In this document: piece by piece, positions 8,555 to 17,114 of the stretch
How the letters are laid out: each line of letters opens with the position of its first letter
Numbering within the stretch: the stretch's first letter is position 1
NCBI GenBank assembly: GCA_050013755.1
Contig: JBEKER010000002.1
Span: 302-64,301, forward strand
From: Halobacteriota archaeon
Lineage (GTDB): Archaea; Halobacteriota; Bog-38; Methanoflorentales; Methanoflorentaceae
DNA length: 64,000 nt
Direction of reading: 5' to 3'
Position numbers and translations under genes: made by a program
Notes under the pieces: generated by a model
What the model was told of the DNA's origin: nothing
Database searches by the model: none
The model's input: the letters and a program-made list of their open reading frames with translations, nothing else

Positions 8555-9214
8555 TCAACGAGCGCCTTTTTCGTCACCGAGCACAGTCTCTAGCCGTTCA
8601 AGGCGCTTTTGCAGATCAGCTACTTCAATCCCCTTAAAGATTGAATTTACGATAGCGACCTCTCGCTCCGCAACGACGCTATCAATTTCACCAGCTTCGT
8701 ACCGCTGTAGGGTTTTAACCTCAAGCTCCACGAGGTCTGCAGCTTTCACGCGTCCGTTGCCGCCCTCGGCGTGTCGCTCCGTTGAGCTCTGCATCGGGCC
8801 GTGTCCTCTACCAAGGGACTGGACAAGATTTCGAGCGGCTTTCCGCGCTTCGACGCCTGCTTCGTCGGTTATCGCTGGCATCACTGCTGCATCTCGTAAC
8901 TGGGCGTCCAGTTTGAGCGCCAAATCAACGAGTTTCGGGGTTGGGATATCCGAAAGGTCACGTTTTTCAAGCTCTTCCATAACGCGCCTGAGTTGGCCGC
9001 CGAAGCGTTCGATGCGTGCCTGCGTCGTCAGCCTATACTCTTCACGTTGGGCGTCAAGTTCGATCGCCGTGAAGTTCTCGAGCTCTTCTTTGTATTCGCT
9101 TTCCCATTGTGCTAACGTTCGCCTTCGGATACCGATCTCTTTTTCGATCGTCCTCAGCGACTTCCCCTGAGCCCGTTGCTCAAGGAACTTCTGTTTCGTT
9201 TCAATATCTTTCAT
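8555..9214 (-). CDS. HTH DNA-binding protein, terminase-small-subunit/satellite-like
   Basis: N-terminal HTH (QRAQGKSLRTIEKEIGIRRRTLAQWE), ELEKRDLSDIPT.KL motif, C-terminal GEID...LQKRLERLE. Confidence 0.7.
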   Translation of the reverse strand: MKDIETKQKFLEQRAQGKSLRTIEKEIGIRRRTLAQWESEYKEELENFTAIELDAQREEYRLTTQARIERFGGQLRRVMEELEKRDLSDIPTPKLVDLALKLDAQLRDAAVMPAITDEAGVEARKAARNLVQSLGRGHGPMQSSTERHAEGGNGRVKAADLVELEVKTLQRYEAGEIDSVVAEREVAIVNSIFKGIEVADLQKRLERLETVLGDEKGAR

Positions 9215-9793
9215 GTGTGTAGTTCCCAGCTGTCATTCAACAGCTTCGCTCGATCACTGACCACGAGAAGGAAGACGCAGACAACCATCCAAAACTATAT
9301 AATCATAGCTCGATAGTTTTCCGTGTCTAACTTCGTGGGAGCAGGCCATGCTTGTCCGTAAGTGAGCGGCCTGCTTTCACTTAAGGGTAAATTAAGCGCC
9401 CTATATAAACGCGACTACGCGATATCAACGCAGCGCCGTTATTCACATTTTTTTATAAAAAAATTAGAATTTTAAATGTTCAAAGACGTTAGAGGCACAT
9501 TCTGACCTGCCGAGCTGCCGCAAAAGCCGCCGTTTGCTAGCTCGCATTGCATGAAATGCACGCGGGTCGAAGTTTTCCTGGTGACAGCTTGCCAGCGTAA
9601 TCACAGATTACTCAACAAACTTCACAAGACTTGCTCCCAACCGACCCCTCACGCCGTGGTCATAATACAGGCGTTTTGACTGCTCCCGTTGAATGACCTC
9701 GCGTATGTCCGAGCAGCTCATCTGAGTCAGTCGCAGGTCGCGGAAATGGCAGAATTTGTTTATAAAAGCTGAGTGCTACTTCAGTGGCAACCT

Positions 9794-10312
9794 ATGCAAA
9801 AGATCAAAGACTTGTCGCCAGATCACAGTGTCAGCATCCTCGAGATAATCAATGATGCCGCGAATGCGTACAAAGGCGCCATCCCGGATGACCGGTGGAA
9901 AGAGCCGTACATGTCCGAGAAGGAACTCGCCAATGAAATAAGAGCTGGCGTTCGATTCTATGGATGGCTTGAAGACGGCTTCTTGCTAGGCATAGCGGGA
10001 ATTCAAAACGTCGGCAGCTACGATCTGATTAGACACTGCTATGTGCGCACCGGCTACCAGAGGCGCGGCATAGGCGGTGCCCTGCTACAACACCTCCTGA
10101 GTCTCGCGCATACCTCTCCGATTCTGGTGGGCACGTGGGAAGACGCAACGTGGGCAGTTCGGTTTTATGAGCGACATGGATTCACGTTGGTTTCGCGCGA
10201 TGAGAAGAATCAGCTCCTGCAAGAATACTGGAACATTCCTAGGAGGCAAATCGAGACGTCGGTTGTGCTTAAGAAAAGACTGACAGATGGCGTTAAACTG
10301 CCTGAGCCGTAA
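9794..10312 (+). CDS. GNAT N-acetyltransferase
   Basis: YVRTGYQRRGIGGALL acetyl-CoA motif; AVRFYERHGF. Confidence 0.9.
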   Translation: MQKIKDLSPDHSVSILEIINDAANAYKGAIPDDRWKEPYMSEKELANEIRAGVRFYGWLEDGFLLGIAGIQNVGSYDLIRHCYVRTGYQRRGIGGALLQHLLSLAHTSPILVGTWEDATWAVRFYERHGFTLVSRDEKNQLLQEYWNIPRRQIETSVVLKKRLTDGVKLPEP

Positions 10313-10468
10313 GCATCCTAACGATCTTTTGCCTGGAAAGCGCAGGCTCAAACTAGCCATCAAAAACACCGCAAATCGCCCTTTCGTCACATGCGCAAGA
10401 GGACAACGTCATGCAAAAAGAGGCGTTAACTGTCGTTCAGTCACAGACAACATAAAAATCGCAATTCT

Positions 10469-11038
10469 ATGTACTCTATACTTGCTGCTTACGTCATCCT
10501 GATCGCGTATTTCGCGATCACCGAAAGCAGACGAAAGGGCCAAGCAGCTACAACGCTAATGGGGGGCCCGTTCGATCAGGCGAGCACGCGGCTCCTGAGT
10601 CTGGCGGTTGTCATAAACATTATCCTTCTCATCGTCGCTCTTGCGCTCAACTACCTCAAACTCGGCGTCATGGTCGACGTTATTGGTTGGATCGGTATCG
10701 CCGTTATGCTCTCCGGCATCACGCTCCGGATGTGGGCAGTTCAGACACTCGGAAGGTTTTACACGCGCACGTTACGCATATCAGAGAGTCAGCGCGTCGT
10801 TCAAGAGGGGCCGTACAAGAACGTGCGTCACCCCGGTTACCTAGGAGTTATCCTGTTATGGGTAGGGGCAGGATTGGCGACCGCCAACTGGATTGTTGCG
10901 GCACTCGTAACACTCACCGTCATCGCGGCGTATCGCTATCGCATTAATGCGGAAGAGCGTATGCTCGTCGCGTCTTTTGGAGAACAGTACGCAGCGTACA
11001 TGAAGCATACATGGAGACTGTTACCATTCGTATGGTGA
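10469..11038 (+). CDS. isoprenylcysteine carboxyl methyltransferase (ICMT/PEMT) family
   Basis: GPYKNVRHPGYLG and EERML...FGEQYAAY motifs. Confidence 0.9.
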   Translation: MYSILAAYVILIAYFAITESRRKGQAATTLMGGPFDQASTRLLSLAVVINIILLIVALALNYLKLGVMVDVIGWIGIAVMLSGITLRMWAVQTLGRFYTRTLRISESQRVVQEGPYKNVRHPGYLGVILLWVGAGLATANWIVAALVTLTVIAAYRYRINAEERMLVASFGEQYAAYMKHTWRLLPFVW

Positions 11039-11069
11039 AGATGTGCGCAACTGTGCGAGTGCCTGCATC

Positions 11070-11281
11070 GAAATGGAACTCGATCTAAACAAGGCTAAGA
11101 ACTGGCACACACTTTGGGCCGTATCCCTACACGCAGATCCACGCGCCAGGACACCTGAACAACGAGGAGATACCTCGCGACCTAGACCGTGCAGCCGAAG
11201 GTGCCGATCCCGGCGCATGCCCAGCACCCCGATGCTTTTCGGAACTTCCACTACAACGTGATTCTTCCTACGACAGGGATC
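11070..11281 (+). pseudogene. frameshifted C-terminal remnant of a beta-CASP/RNase J-like metallo-beta-lactamase
   Basis: Across two frameshifts reads EMELDLNKAKNW / HFGPYPYTQIHAPGHLN / VQPKVPIPAHAQHPDAF, matching the HASGH...PIHTEHP signature. Confidence 0.7.
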
Positions 11282-11636
11282 GAGGTGCTTCTTCGCCAAC
11301 GAAGATGACCCTTAGTTAACGCGCGACAGGATGAAAAGCAGGTCAAGACGAAAGAAAAGGTACAAGGCGGTGACCCTCAATTTTGCGCGCACTAACAGCT
11401 ATGGCGTCGACGCATCGGAACTCAGCATCCCAGCTCAGAATAATGTCATCTTTAACAACGCGACCACAAAAGCCAATCTGAACGAACGAATATAGAGCAG
11501 GACGCATCGTGTGCCGGGGCGGAAATAGGGGGGCCGCTCGGTTTGAAGAGGTGGAGATATGAGGAATGCGGAATTTAATCTGATGGCGGAAGGCGAGCGC
11601 GTTTTATATAAGTTATCAACTTGACGCTCTAACGTA

Positions 11637-12017
11637 TCACAGTCCCGCCAAAGACGTTAAGTTCCCAAAGAAGAGGTTTGCAATGCCAATGCCGAGTAGC
11701 GTCAATACAGCCACCACCACAATGATGATGATGACTATCACCACAAGTGCGATAATTTCAGCGATTGCGAGAACGGCTCCAAAGCGAATGCCAAATCCAA
11801 TAAGTTCCCCAAAGCTGAGGTGCATCAACTCATCGAGTGCGTTGCGTGGTGGCTCAGGTAGCTCATCGCTTGCGCCATACGACGGGATATCTGACTCCTG
11901 AGGTGTGGGCATCGGCGCATTCTGCGGTAGTGGTTCGCCACATCGTCTGCAAAACTCAGCATCTGCGTAGTTAACGGCCATGCATTTTTCACACATCGTG
12001 CGGTCTGCTTCTTCCAT
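11637..12017 (-). CDS. zinc-ribbon membrane protein
   Basis: CEKC...AEFCRRCG plus C-terminal TM helices. Confidence 0.8.
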   Translation of the reverse strand: MEEADRTMCEKCMAVNYADAEFCRRCGEPLPQNAPMPTPQESDIPSYGASDELPEPPRNALDELMHLSFGELIGFGIRFGAVLAIAEIIALVVIVIIIIVVVAVLTLLGIGIANLFFGNLTSLAGL

Positions 12018-12046
12018 ATTACCAGATCCTGCGGATTATTTTCAGC

Positions 12047-12796
12047 TTAACGGTTTTCTTTTTTCGGGCCGAATATCCGAGACCAAAAACCGACTTTAGG
12101 AGCAGGTAATCGCAACGTCAGCAATTCGACTTGCTTCTGCATCGTCTCCTTATCGGCTTTCAATTCAAGCGAGTGGCCCTTCTCAACTTGTAGTGCTGCT
12201 TCGAGGCTTGCTTTGTCCTTTTCTAGGAGTTCAACACGGTGCTGCAGGCCAGTGACAACAACTTTTTTCGATGCTTCTGATTCCCGCAGCGTTTCCGTCA
12301 AAGAGCGGTGGCGTTCTTCAGATTCCTTTAGATTAGCATCGAGCTTCTGCGTAACACTTTCAAGTTCTTCAAGCGAGTACTCTAGCTGTTGGATGCTCGC
12401 AGAACGGTCTGCCTTAATCTGTTGTATTTGCTTCTCACAGTCGGCGCGAATTTGCTGTATCTCAGCATCATGCTCAGCGATAAGGTTTGCAATTCTTTTT
12501 TCGTGTTCGTCGCGCACCCGCTGTACGATCCTTGCGCTTTCCGCACGCTGATTTTGGGCGTTTTTTTCGTATTCCGCGCGTTGCAGTTGCAACGCCTCTT
12601 CAGAACTTGCTTGAAGTGCTTCCATTTCACGTCCGTAGTCGGCTAGTGTTTTTCTCTCTGCGTAGTGCTCTTCGACAATCTGGGCCAGAAACGCTGAGAG
12701 TGATTTACCCTCCGTTGCGGCTTGCTCTTTTAGATGCGATGCCAAGTCGGACGCTAATGCAATCGAATAACGAGTTTTTCCGCTTTCAGGCGCCAT
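12047..12796 (-). CDS. RHH (CopG-like) + long coiled coil + C-terminal amphipathic helix protein
   Basis: TRYSIALASDLASHLKEQAATEGKSLSAFLAQIVEEHY RHH; ~180 aa heptad-rich coil; ends PAPKVGFWSRIFG; GGAGGT SD. Confidence 0.85.
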   Translation of the reverse strand: MAPESGKTRYSIALASDLASHLKEQAATEGKSLSAFLAQIVEEHYAERKTLADYGREMEALQASSEEALQLQRAEYEKNAQNQRAESARIVQRVRDEHEKRIANLIAEHDAEIQQIRADCEKQIQQIKADRSASIQQLEYSLEELESVTQKLDANLKESEERHRSLTETLRESEASKKVVVTGLQHRVELLEKDKASLEAALQVEKGHSLELKADKETMQKQVELLTLRLPAPKVGFWSRIFGPKKENR

Positions 12797-12837
12797 TTAC
12801 ACCTCCTGGTTTGGTCTTTTTCAATCTGAGGCAAGGT

Positions 12838-13001
12838 TGCTGCAAATATCTCTCGATTGTAGCATCAACAAGCCTGTCATGCTGCATGCTTGCAGCACCA
12901 TTAAAACTTCCGAAACGGTCCAAAATAAATTGCTGCACATATGCTGCAGATTTTAATTCTTGTGCTGCAAGAATAACTAAGAGTGCAGCGTCGATGCTGC
13001 A
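12838..13001. repeat. phased array of nine TGCWGCA boxes
   Basis: Boxes start at 12838, 12858 (TGTAGCA), 12880, 12891, 12931, 12942, 12963, 12984 (TGCAGCG) and 12995. Confidence 0.85.
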
Positions 13002-13106
13002 GTTTTCACGTACTTACTCTTCCTGCTGTTTATTGGGGGGGCCAGCGAGGCCACGGTCGCAGCGTCGTGACGAACGGTCGGTGAGGCCTTCACAGGTCGC
13101 AATCTA

Positions 13107-13142
13107 TTAGTATGATTAGTATGCTTAATATGCTTAACATAC
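13107..13142. repeat. four tandem degenerate 9-mers
   Basis: TTAGTATGA TTAGTATGC TTAATATGC TTAACATAC. Confidence 0.75.
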
Positions 13143-13511
13143 TCAAACTCAAAGGGAACGAAGACAAAATGCAAGAAAGATTCGAAGGAGAGAGGTGGGT
13201 AGATTATCTGCTAGGACTTAGCACCGGCAGATATAACGAGAGAGGGCCCTCCAGCTCAACGGTTTCGAAAAGCAAGCGGCGTGCGGCAGCAAAAGTGCGT
13301 TACGCCAATCCTAACAACAAAGAGATAAATACTGCGCCATCATACCGTTTCGTGTCGGTTACTTTTGACATCTTGGGCAGGATGGATGCCGAGCATCTTG
13401 ATTCGTGCTTCTTTTGCGTTATGAATCTGAATGAGTATTTACTAAGCATGAACATTTCAACCGGTTGCTGTTGGGTGTGAATTTGAGGCGCAGCACACGA
13501 GAGAGTCATAC

Positions 13512-14516
13512 ATGACGTTTGCAATTGACGCGAGAGGGCTTGAAAAGGTTTACAAAGGCAACGTCGCGGCGCTAGCCGGCGTCGACCTGGACGTCAAGGC
13601 CGGCGACATCTTTGCATTGCTTGGACCCAACGGTGCGGGCAAGACGACGCTCATGCGCATTTTGACGACCCAGTTCAAACCGACGTCCGGTGAAGCGCAC
13701 ATTTTCGGGCTGGACGTCGTCCGAGAGGGCGCAGAGGTCAGGAAAGTGATAGGCTACGTCCCCCAAGAGACGAGCGTCTGGAGCGATATCAACGGCTACG
13801 AGAACCTCCTCATTTACGCTAAGATATATGGTCTGCCGTCACGGTCACGAAAGGAAGTTATCCATGACATGCTTGAGAGCATGGGGCTGCGCGCTGCTGA
13901 AGAGCAGCTCGTGAAGACCTACTCAGGTGGCATGGTCAGGAAGCTCGAGATCGCGTGCGCGATGCTAATTAGGCCCAAGATTCTATTTCTCGATGAACCG
14001 ACGCTCGGACTTGATCCCGCAGCCAGAATCGCTGTGTGGGAAAAGCTGGCATCCTTCAAAGAGGAGTTTGGCACGACCGTATTTTTCAGCACGCACTACA
14101 TGGACGAAGCGAACGCCTACTCAGACGAGGTTGCAATTATCAACATGGGGAGAATGGTCACCTCAGGCACAGCTGACGAACTTAAGCACTCACTTCGAGG
14201 TGAGCTCATCAAATTCAGCTTGTCCGATCACCGTGTCGATGAGCATACGTTGGGTCGGATACGAGGCCTGGAGCGAGTGAACAGCGTCATTGTTACTGAC
14301 TCCGCCCTCAACGTGACCGTCGAGGACGCAGAAACCGCGCTGCCTTGCGTCATGGATGTACTCAGAAGCGGGGAAATCCATGTCGTGCGAATTACGACCA
14401 CGAAGCCAACGTTGGAAGATGTCTTCTTGTGGTATGCGGGAACGACACGCGCGCCCGGCGCCGCCAGCACAACAGGGCGCGTTGAGGAGGAGGCAGGAGC
14501 TAATCGCCGTGAATGA
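13512..14516 (+). CDS. ABC exporter ATP-binding protein (DrrA-like)
   Basis: Walker A GPNGAGKT, YSGGM signature, FLDEPT. Confidence 0.95.
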   Translation: MTFAIDARGLEKVYKGNVAALAGVDLDVKAGDIFALLGPNGAGKTTLMRILTTQFKPTSGEAHIFGLDVVREGAEVRKVIGYVPQETSVWSDINGYENLLIYAKIYGLPSRSRKEVIHDMLESMGLRAAEEQLVKTYSGGMVRKLEIACAMLIRPKILFLDEPTLGLDPAARIAVWEKLASFKEEFGTTVFFSTHYMDEANAYSDEVAIINMGRMVTSGTADELKHSLRGELIKFSLSDHRVDEHTLGRIRGLERVNSVIVTDSALNVTVEDAETALPCVMDVLRSGEIHVVRITTTKPTLEDVFLWYAGTTRAPGAASTTGRVEEEAGANRRE

Positions 14517-15273
14517 CTCTTTAAGAGTAGTGCTTGCTATGATGGAGCTCGAGCTTCGGCGACTCAGAAATGACCGCACGGAAGTGTACACAAGGGCCGT
14601 TCAGCCCGTGTTGTGGTTGGTGATTTTCGGAACGGTTTTCAGTCAGCTACACGCCATTCCGACCAACGGGATACCGTACGTTGACTACATCACCCCCGGC
14701 GTCATGCTGCAGTCAGTCCTCTTCGTCGCCGTCTTGTACGGCTTGACGCTCGTGTGGGAGCGGGATACCGGTATCTTAAAAAAGCTTCTTGTGGCACCGG
14801 CTCCCCGATATGCGACTGTTATAGGCAGATCGATGTCTTCAGGCGTCAGAGCAATCATCCAGGTAGTAATCATCATACCCGTGGCGCTCCTCCTCGGCGT
14901 GAGCTTCATCCCCAACCCTGCCTACTTCGTGGCAGCGCTCGTAATACTATTCGTCATTTCTGGGGGGTTCGCCGCCCTCTCAATCATTGTAGCATCGTTA
15001 TTGAAAACCAGAGAGCGATTTATGGGAATCGGCCAAGCGCTCATCCTACCGCTTTTCTTTGCCAGCAACGCCCTTTATCCGATAGCGTCAATGCCTCGCG
15101 CCATCCAGATCGTCGCGGTTTTTAACCCGCTGACATATGCCGTTGATGCTGTGCGCGGACTAATGATCACTGGTAATCTGGTACTCCTTCCGCTTGACGT
15201 TGCCGTCATAGCGCTCTTTGATATCCTCATGTTTGCAGTGGCTTCATTGAGCTTCCGGAAGATAATCGAATGA
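14509..15273 (+). CDS. ABC-2 type permease (DrrB-like)
   Basis: WERDTGILKKLLVAP and NPLTYAVDAVR; GTG start after AGGAG SD. Confidence 0.93.
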   Translation: MNDSLRVVLAMMELELRRLRNDRTEVYTRAVQPVLWLVIFGTVFSQLHAIPTNGIPYVDYITPGVMLQSVLFVAVLYGLTLVWERDTGILKKLLVAPAPRYATVIGRSMSSGVRAIIQVVIIIPVALLLGVSFIPNPAYFVAALVILFVISGGFAALSIIVASLLKTRERFMGIGQALILPLFFASNALYPIASMPRAIQIVAVFNPLTYAVDAVRGLMITGNLVLLPLDVAVIALFDILMFAVASLSFRKIIE

Positions 15274-15348
15274 TCAACCTATGATTCCCGCGTCTCGCAA
15301 ACGTTTTTCAGCGATGCTTCCACGGAAAAGCGATACATTTTGAAAAAG

Positions 15349-15376
15349 TGGCACACTTTTGGCACACTTTTGGCAC
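15349..15376. repeat. 11-bp tandem repeat (TGGCACACTTT x2.5), integrase arm-site-like
   Basis: TGGCACACTTT TGGCACACTTT TGGCAC at the island/core boundary before ilvD. Confidence 0.7.
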
Positions 15377-15428
15377 GATCTTAGCAGCGCACTCATTTTT
15401 ATAACTTCAGTGATCATTCTTTAGGCAT

Positions 15429-17099
15429 ATGGAACTAAGGAGCAAGGAGATAACAAGAGGGGTGGCACGCGCACCCCAAAGGGCCCTCTTGAACGCCTTG
15501 GGCATAGGAGAAGAGGATCTCGAACGGCCGTTTGTCGGCATCGCCAATGCCTGGAACGAGATCGTTCCCGGTCACCTTCATCTGCGTGATCTCGCCGAGT
15601 TTGTCAAAAAAGGGATACACTTGGCCGGCGGCATCGCGTTCGAGTTCGGCACCATCGGCATCTGCGACGGCATCGCCATGGGGCACTCCGGCATGCGCTA
15701 TGCCCTCCCATCCCGTGAGAACATCGCCGACTCCGTTGAGCTCATGGCGCAGGCGCACCAGTTTGACGGCTTGGTCATGGTGGGGTCGTGCGACAAAATC
15801 GTTCCCGGGATGTTGATGGCGGCGCTGCGGGTAAACGTGCCGACCATGGTAGTGACCGGGGGGCCGATGCGAGCGGGGTACTACGAAGGCACCGATGTCA
15901 CTCTCGTCTCGACGTTTGAAGGGGTCGGCTGTGTCCAGGCGGGCACCATGACCGAAGCGCACCTTGAGGAGCTCGTTAGCCGGGCCTGTCCCGGGTGCGG
16001 CAGCTGCCAGGGCCTGTACACGGCCAACACCATGGCCTGTATGACTGAGATGATGGGCCTCTCGCTTCCCTATTGTGCGACAACGCCAGCCGTTGATGCT
16101 CGAAGGAGGCGCATTGCTGAAGCTACCGGGAAGCGAATCGTCGATCTCATCGTTAACGGGGTCACGCCATGTGACATCGTGACCGAGGCATCGTTTCGGA
16201 ACGCGATCATCCTCGACATGCTCATCGGCGGCTCGACGAACACGGCGCTGCATCTCCCTGCAATCGCGCACGAGGCAGGCATGTCGCTTCCGCTCACGCT
16301 TTTTGACGAACTGAGTGCACAGACGCCGCACATCACATCCCTGAATCCGAGCGGCCCGTATACCATGAGCGACCTCGACGCCGCCGGCGGCGTCCCCGGC
16401 CTCATGAAACGCGCTCGGACACTGTTGCGCAACGAAATGACCTGCTCGGGCAAGAGCGTTTACGAGATCGCCGATGAGGCACACATCCGGGACGATGCAA
16501 TCATACGCCCCCTCGACGATCCGGTGCACGCGACAGGCGGTATCACGGTGCTGTTCGGGAACCTTGCTCCGGACGGTGCCATCGTCAAAAGCGCCGGCGT
16601 AAGGGACGACATGCTCCGTTATACGGGAAAAGCGCGCGTATTCAACTCCGAAGATGAGGCGATGCGGGCCATTCTGGGCGGATCGGTAAGCGAAGGGCAG
16701 GTTGTGGTCGTGCGCTATGAAGGGCCTAGAGGCGGACCAGGAATGCCTGAAATGCTTGCGCCAACCGCCGCGATATCGGGAATGGGGCTCAGTGTACCCC
16801 TCATTACCGACGGTCGTTTCTCGGGCGGGACTCGGGGCGCCGCGATCGGACACATATCTCCCGAGGCGGCTGAGGGTGGTCCCTTAGGGCTCTTGCACGA
16901 CGCAGATGAGATTACCATTGATATACCCAACCACCGGCTGGCTGTGCAGCTTACTGACGATGTCCTTGCGGCTAGAAAGGCAACATGGACGCCTGTGCGA
17001 AAAGACGTAGGCGGCTACTTGAAGAGATACGCCGCCGCAGTGAGTTCGGCAAGCAACGGAGCGATACTGCGCGCGCCGCGGGAAACACAGGAGCCGTGA
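15429..17099 (+). CDS. ilvD: dihydroxy-acid dehydratase
   Basis: [26 protein letters not shown] and TDGRFSGGT motifs. Confidence 0.97.
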   Translation: MELRSKEITRGVARAPQRALLNALGIGEEDLERPFVGIANAWNEIVPGHLHLRDLAEFVKKGIHLAGGIAFEFGTIGICDGIAMGHSGMRYALPSRENIADSVELMAQAHQFDGLVMVGSCDKIVPGMLMAALRVNVPTMVVTGGPMRAGYYEGTDVTLVSTFEGVGCVQAGTMTEAHLEELVSRACPGCGSCQGLYTANTMACMTEMMGLSLPYCATTPAVDARRRRIAEATGKRIVDLIVNGVTPCDIVTEASFRNAIILDMLIGGSTNTALHLPAIAHEAGMSLPLTLFDELSAQTPHITSLNPSGPYTMSDLDAAGGVPGLMKRARTLLRNEMTCSGKSVYEIADEAHIRDDAIIRPLDDPVHATGGITVLFGNLAPDGAIVKSAGVRDDMLRYTGKARVFNSEDEAMRAILGGSVSEGQVVVVRYEGPRGGPGMPEMLAPTAAISGMGLSVPLITDGRFSGGTRGAAIGHISPEAAEGGPLGLLHDADEITIDIPNHRLAVQLTDDVLAARKATWTPVRKDVGGYLKRYAAAVSSASNGAILRAPRETQEP

Positions 17100-17114
17100 T
17101 CCCCGGCGCGTAGT

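Noticed and set aside
9447-9464. Perfect palindrome ATTTTTTTATAAAAAAAT
   Set aside because: Low complexity; no function can be assigned beyond a possible promoter or terminator.
15435-16853. 472-aa antisense ORF
   Set aside because: Shadow of GC3-rich ilvD with no recognisable motifs. The same applies to the many other overlapping track ORFs.
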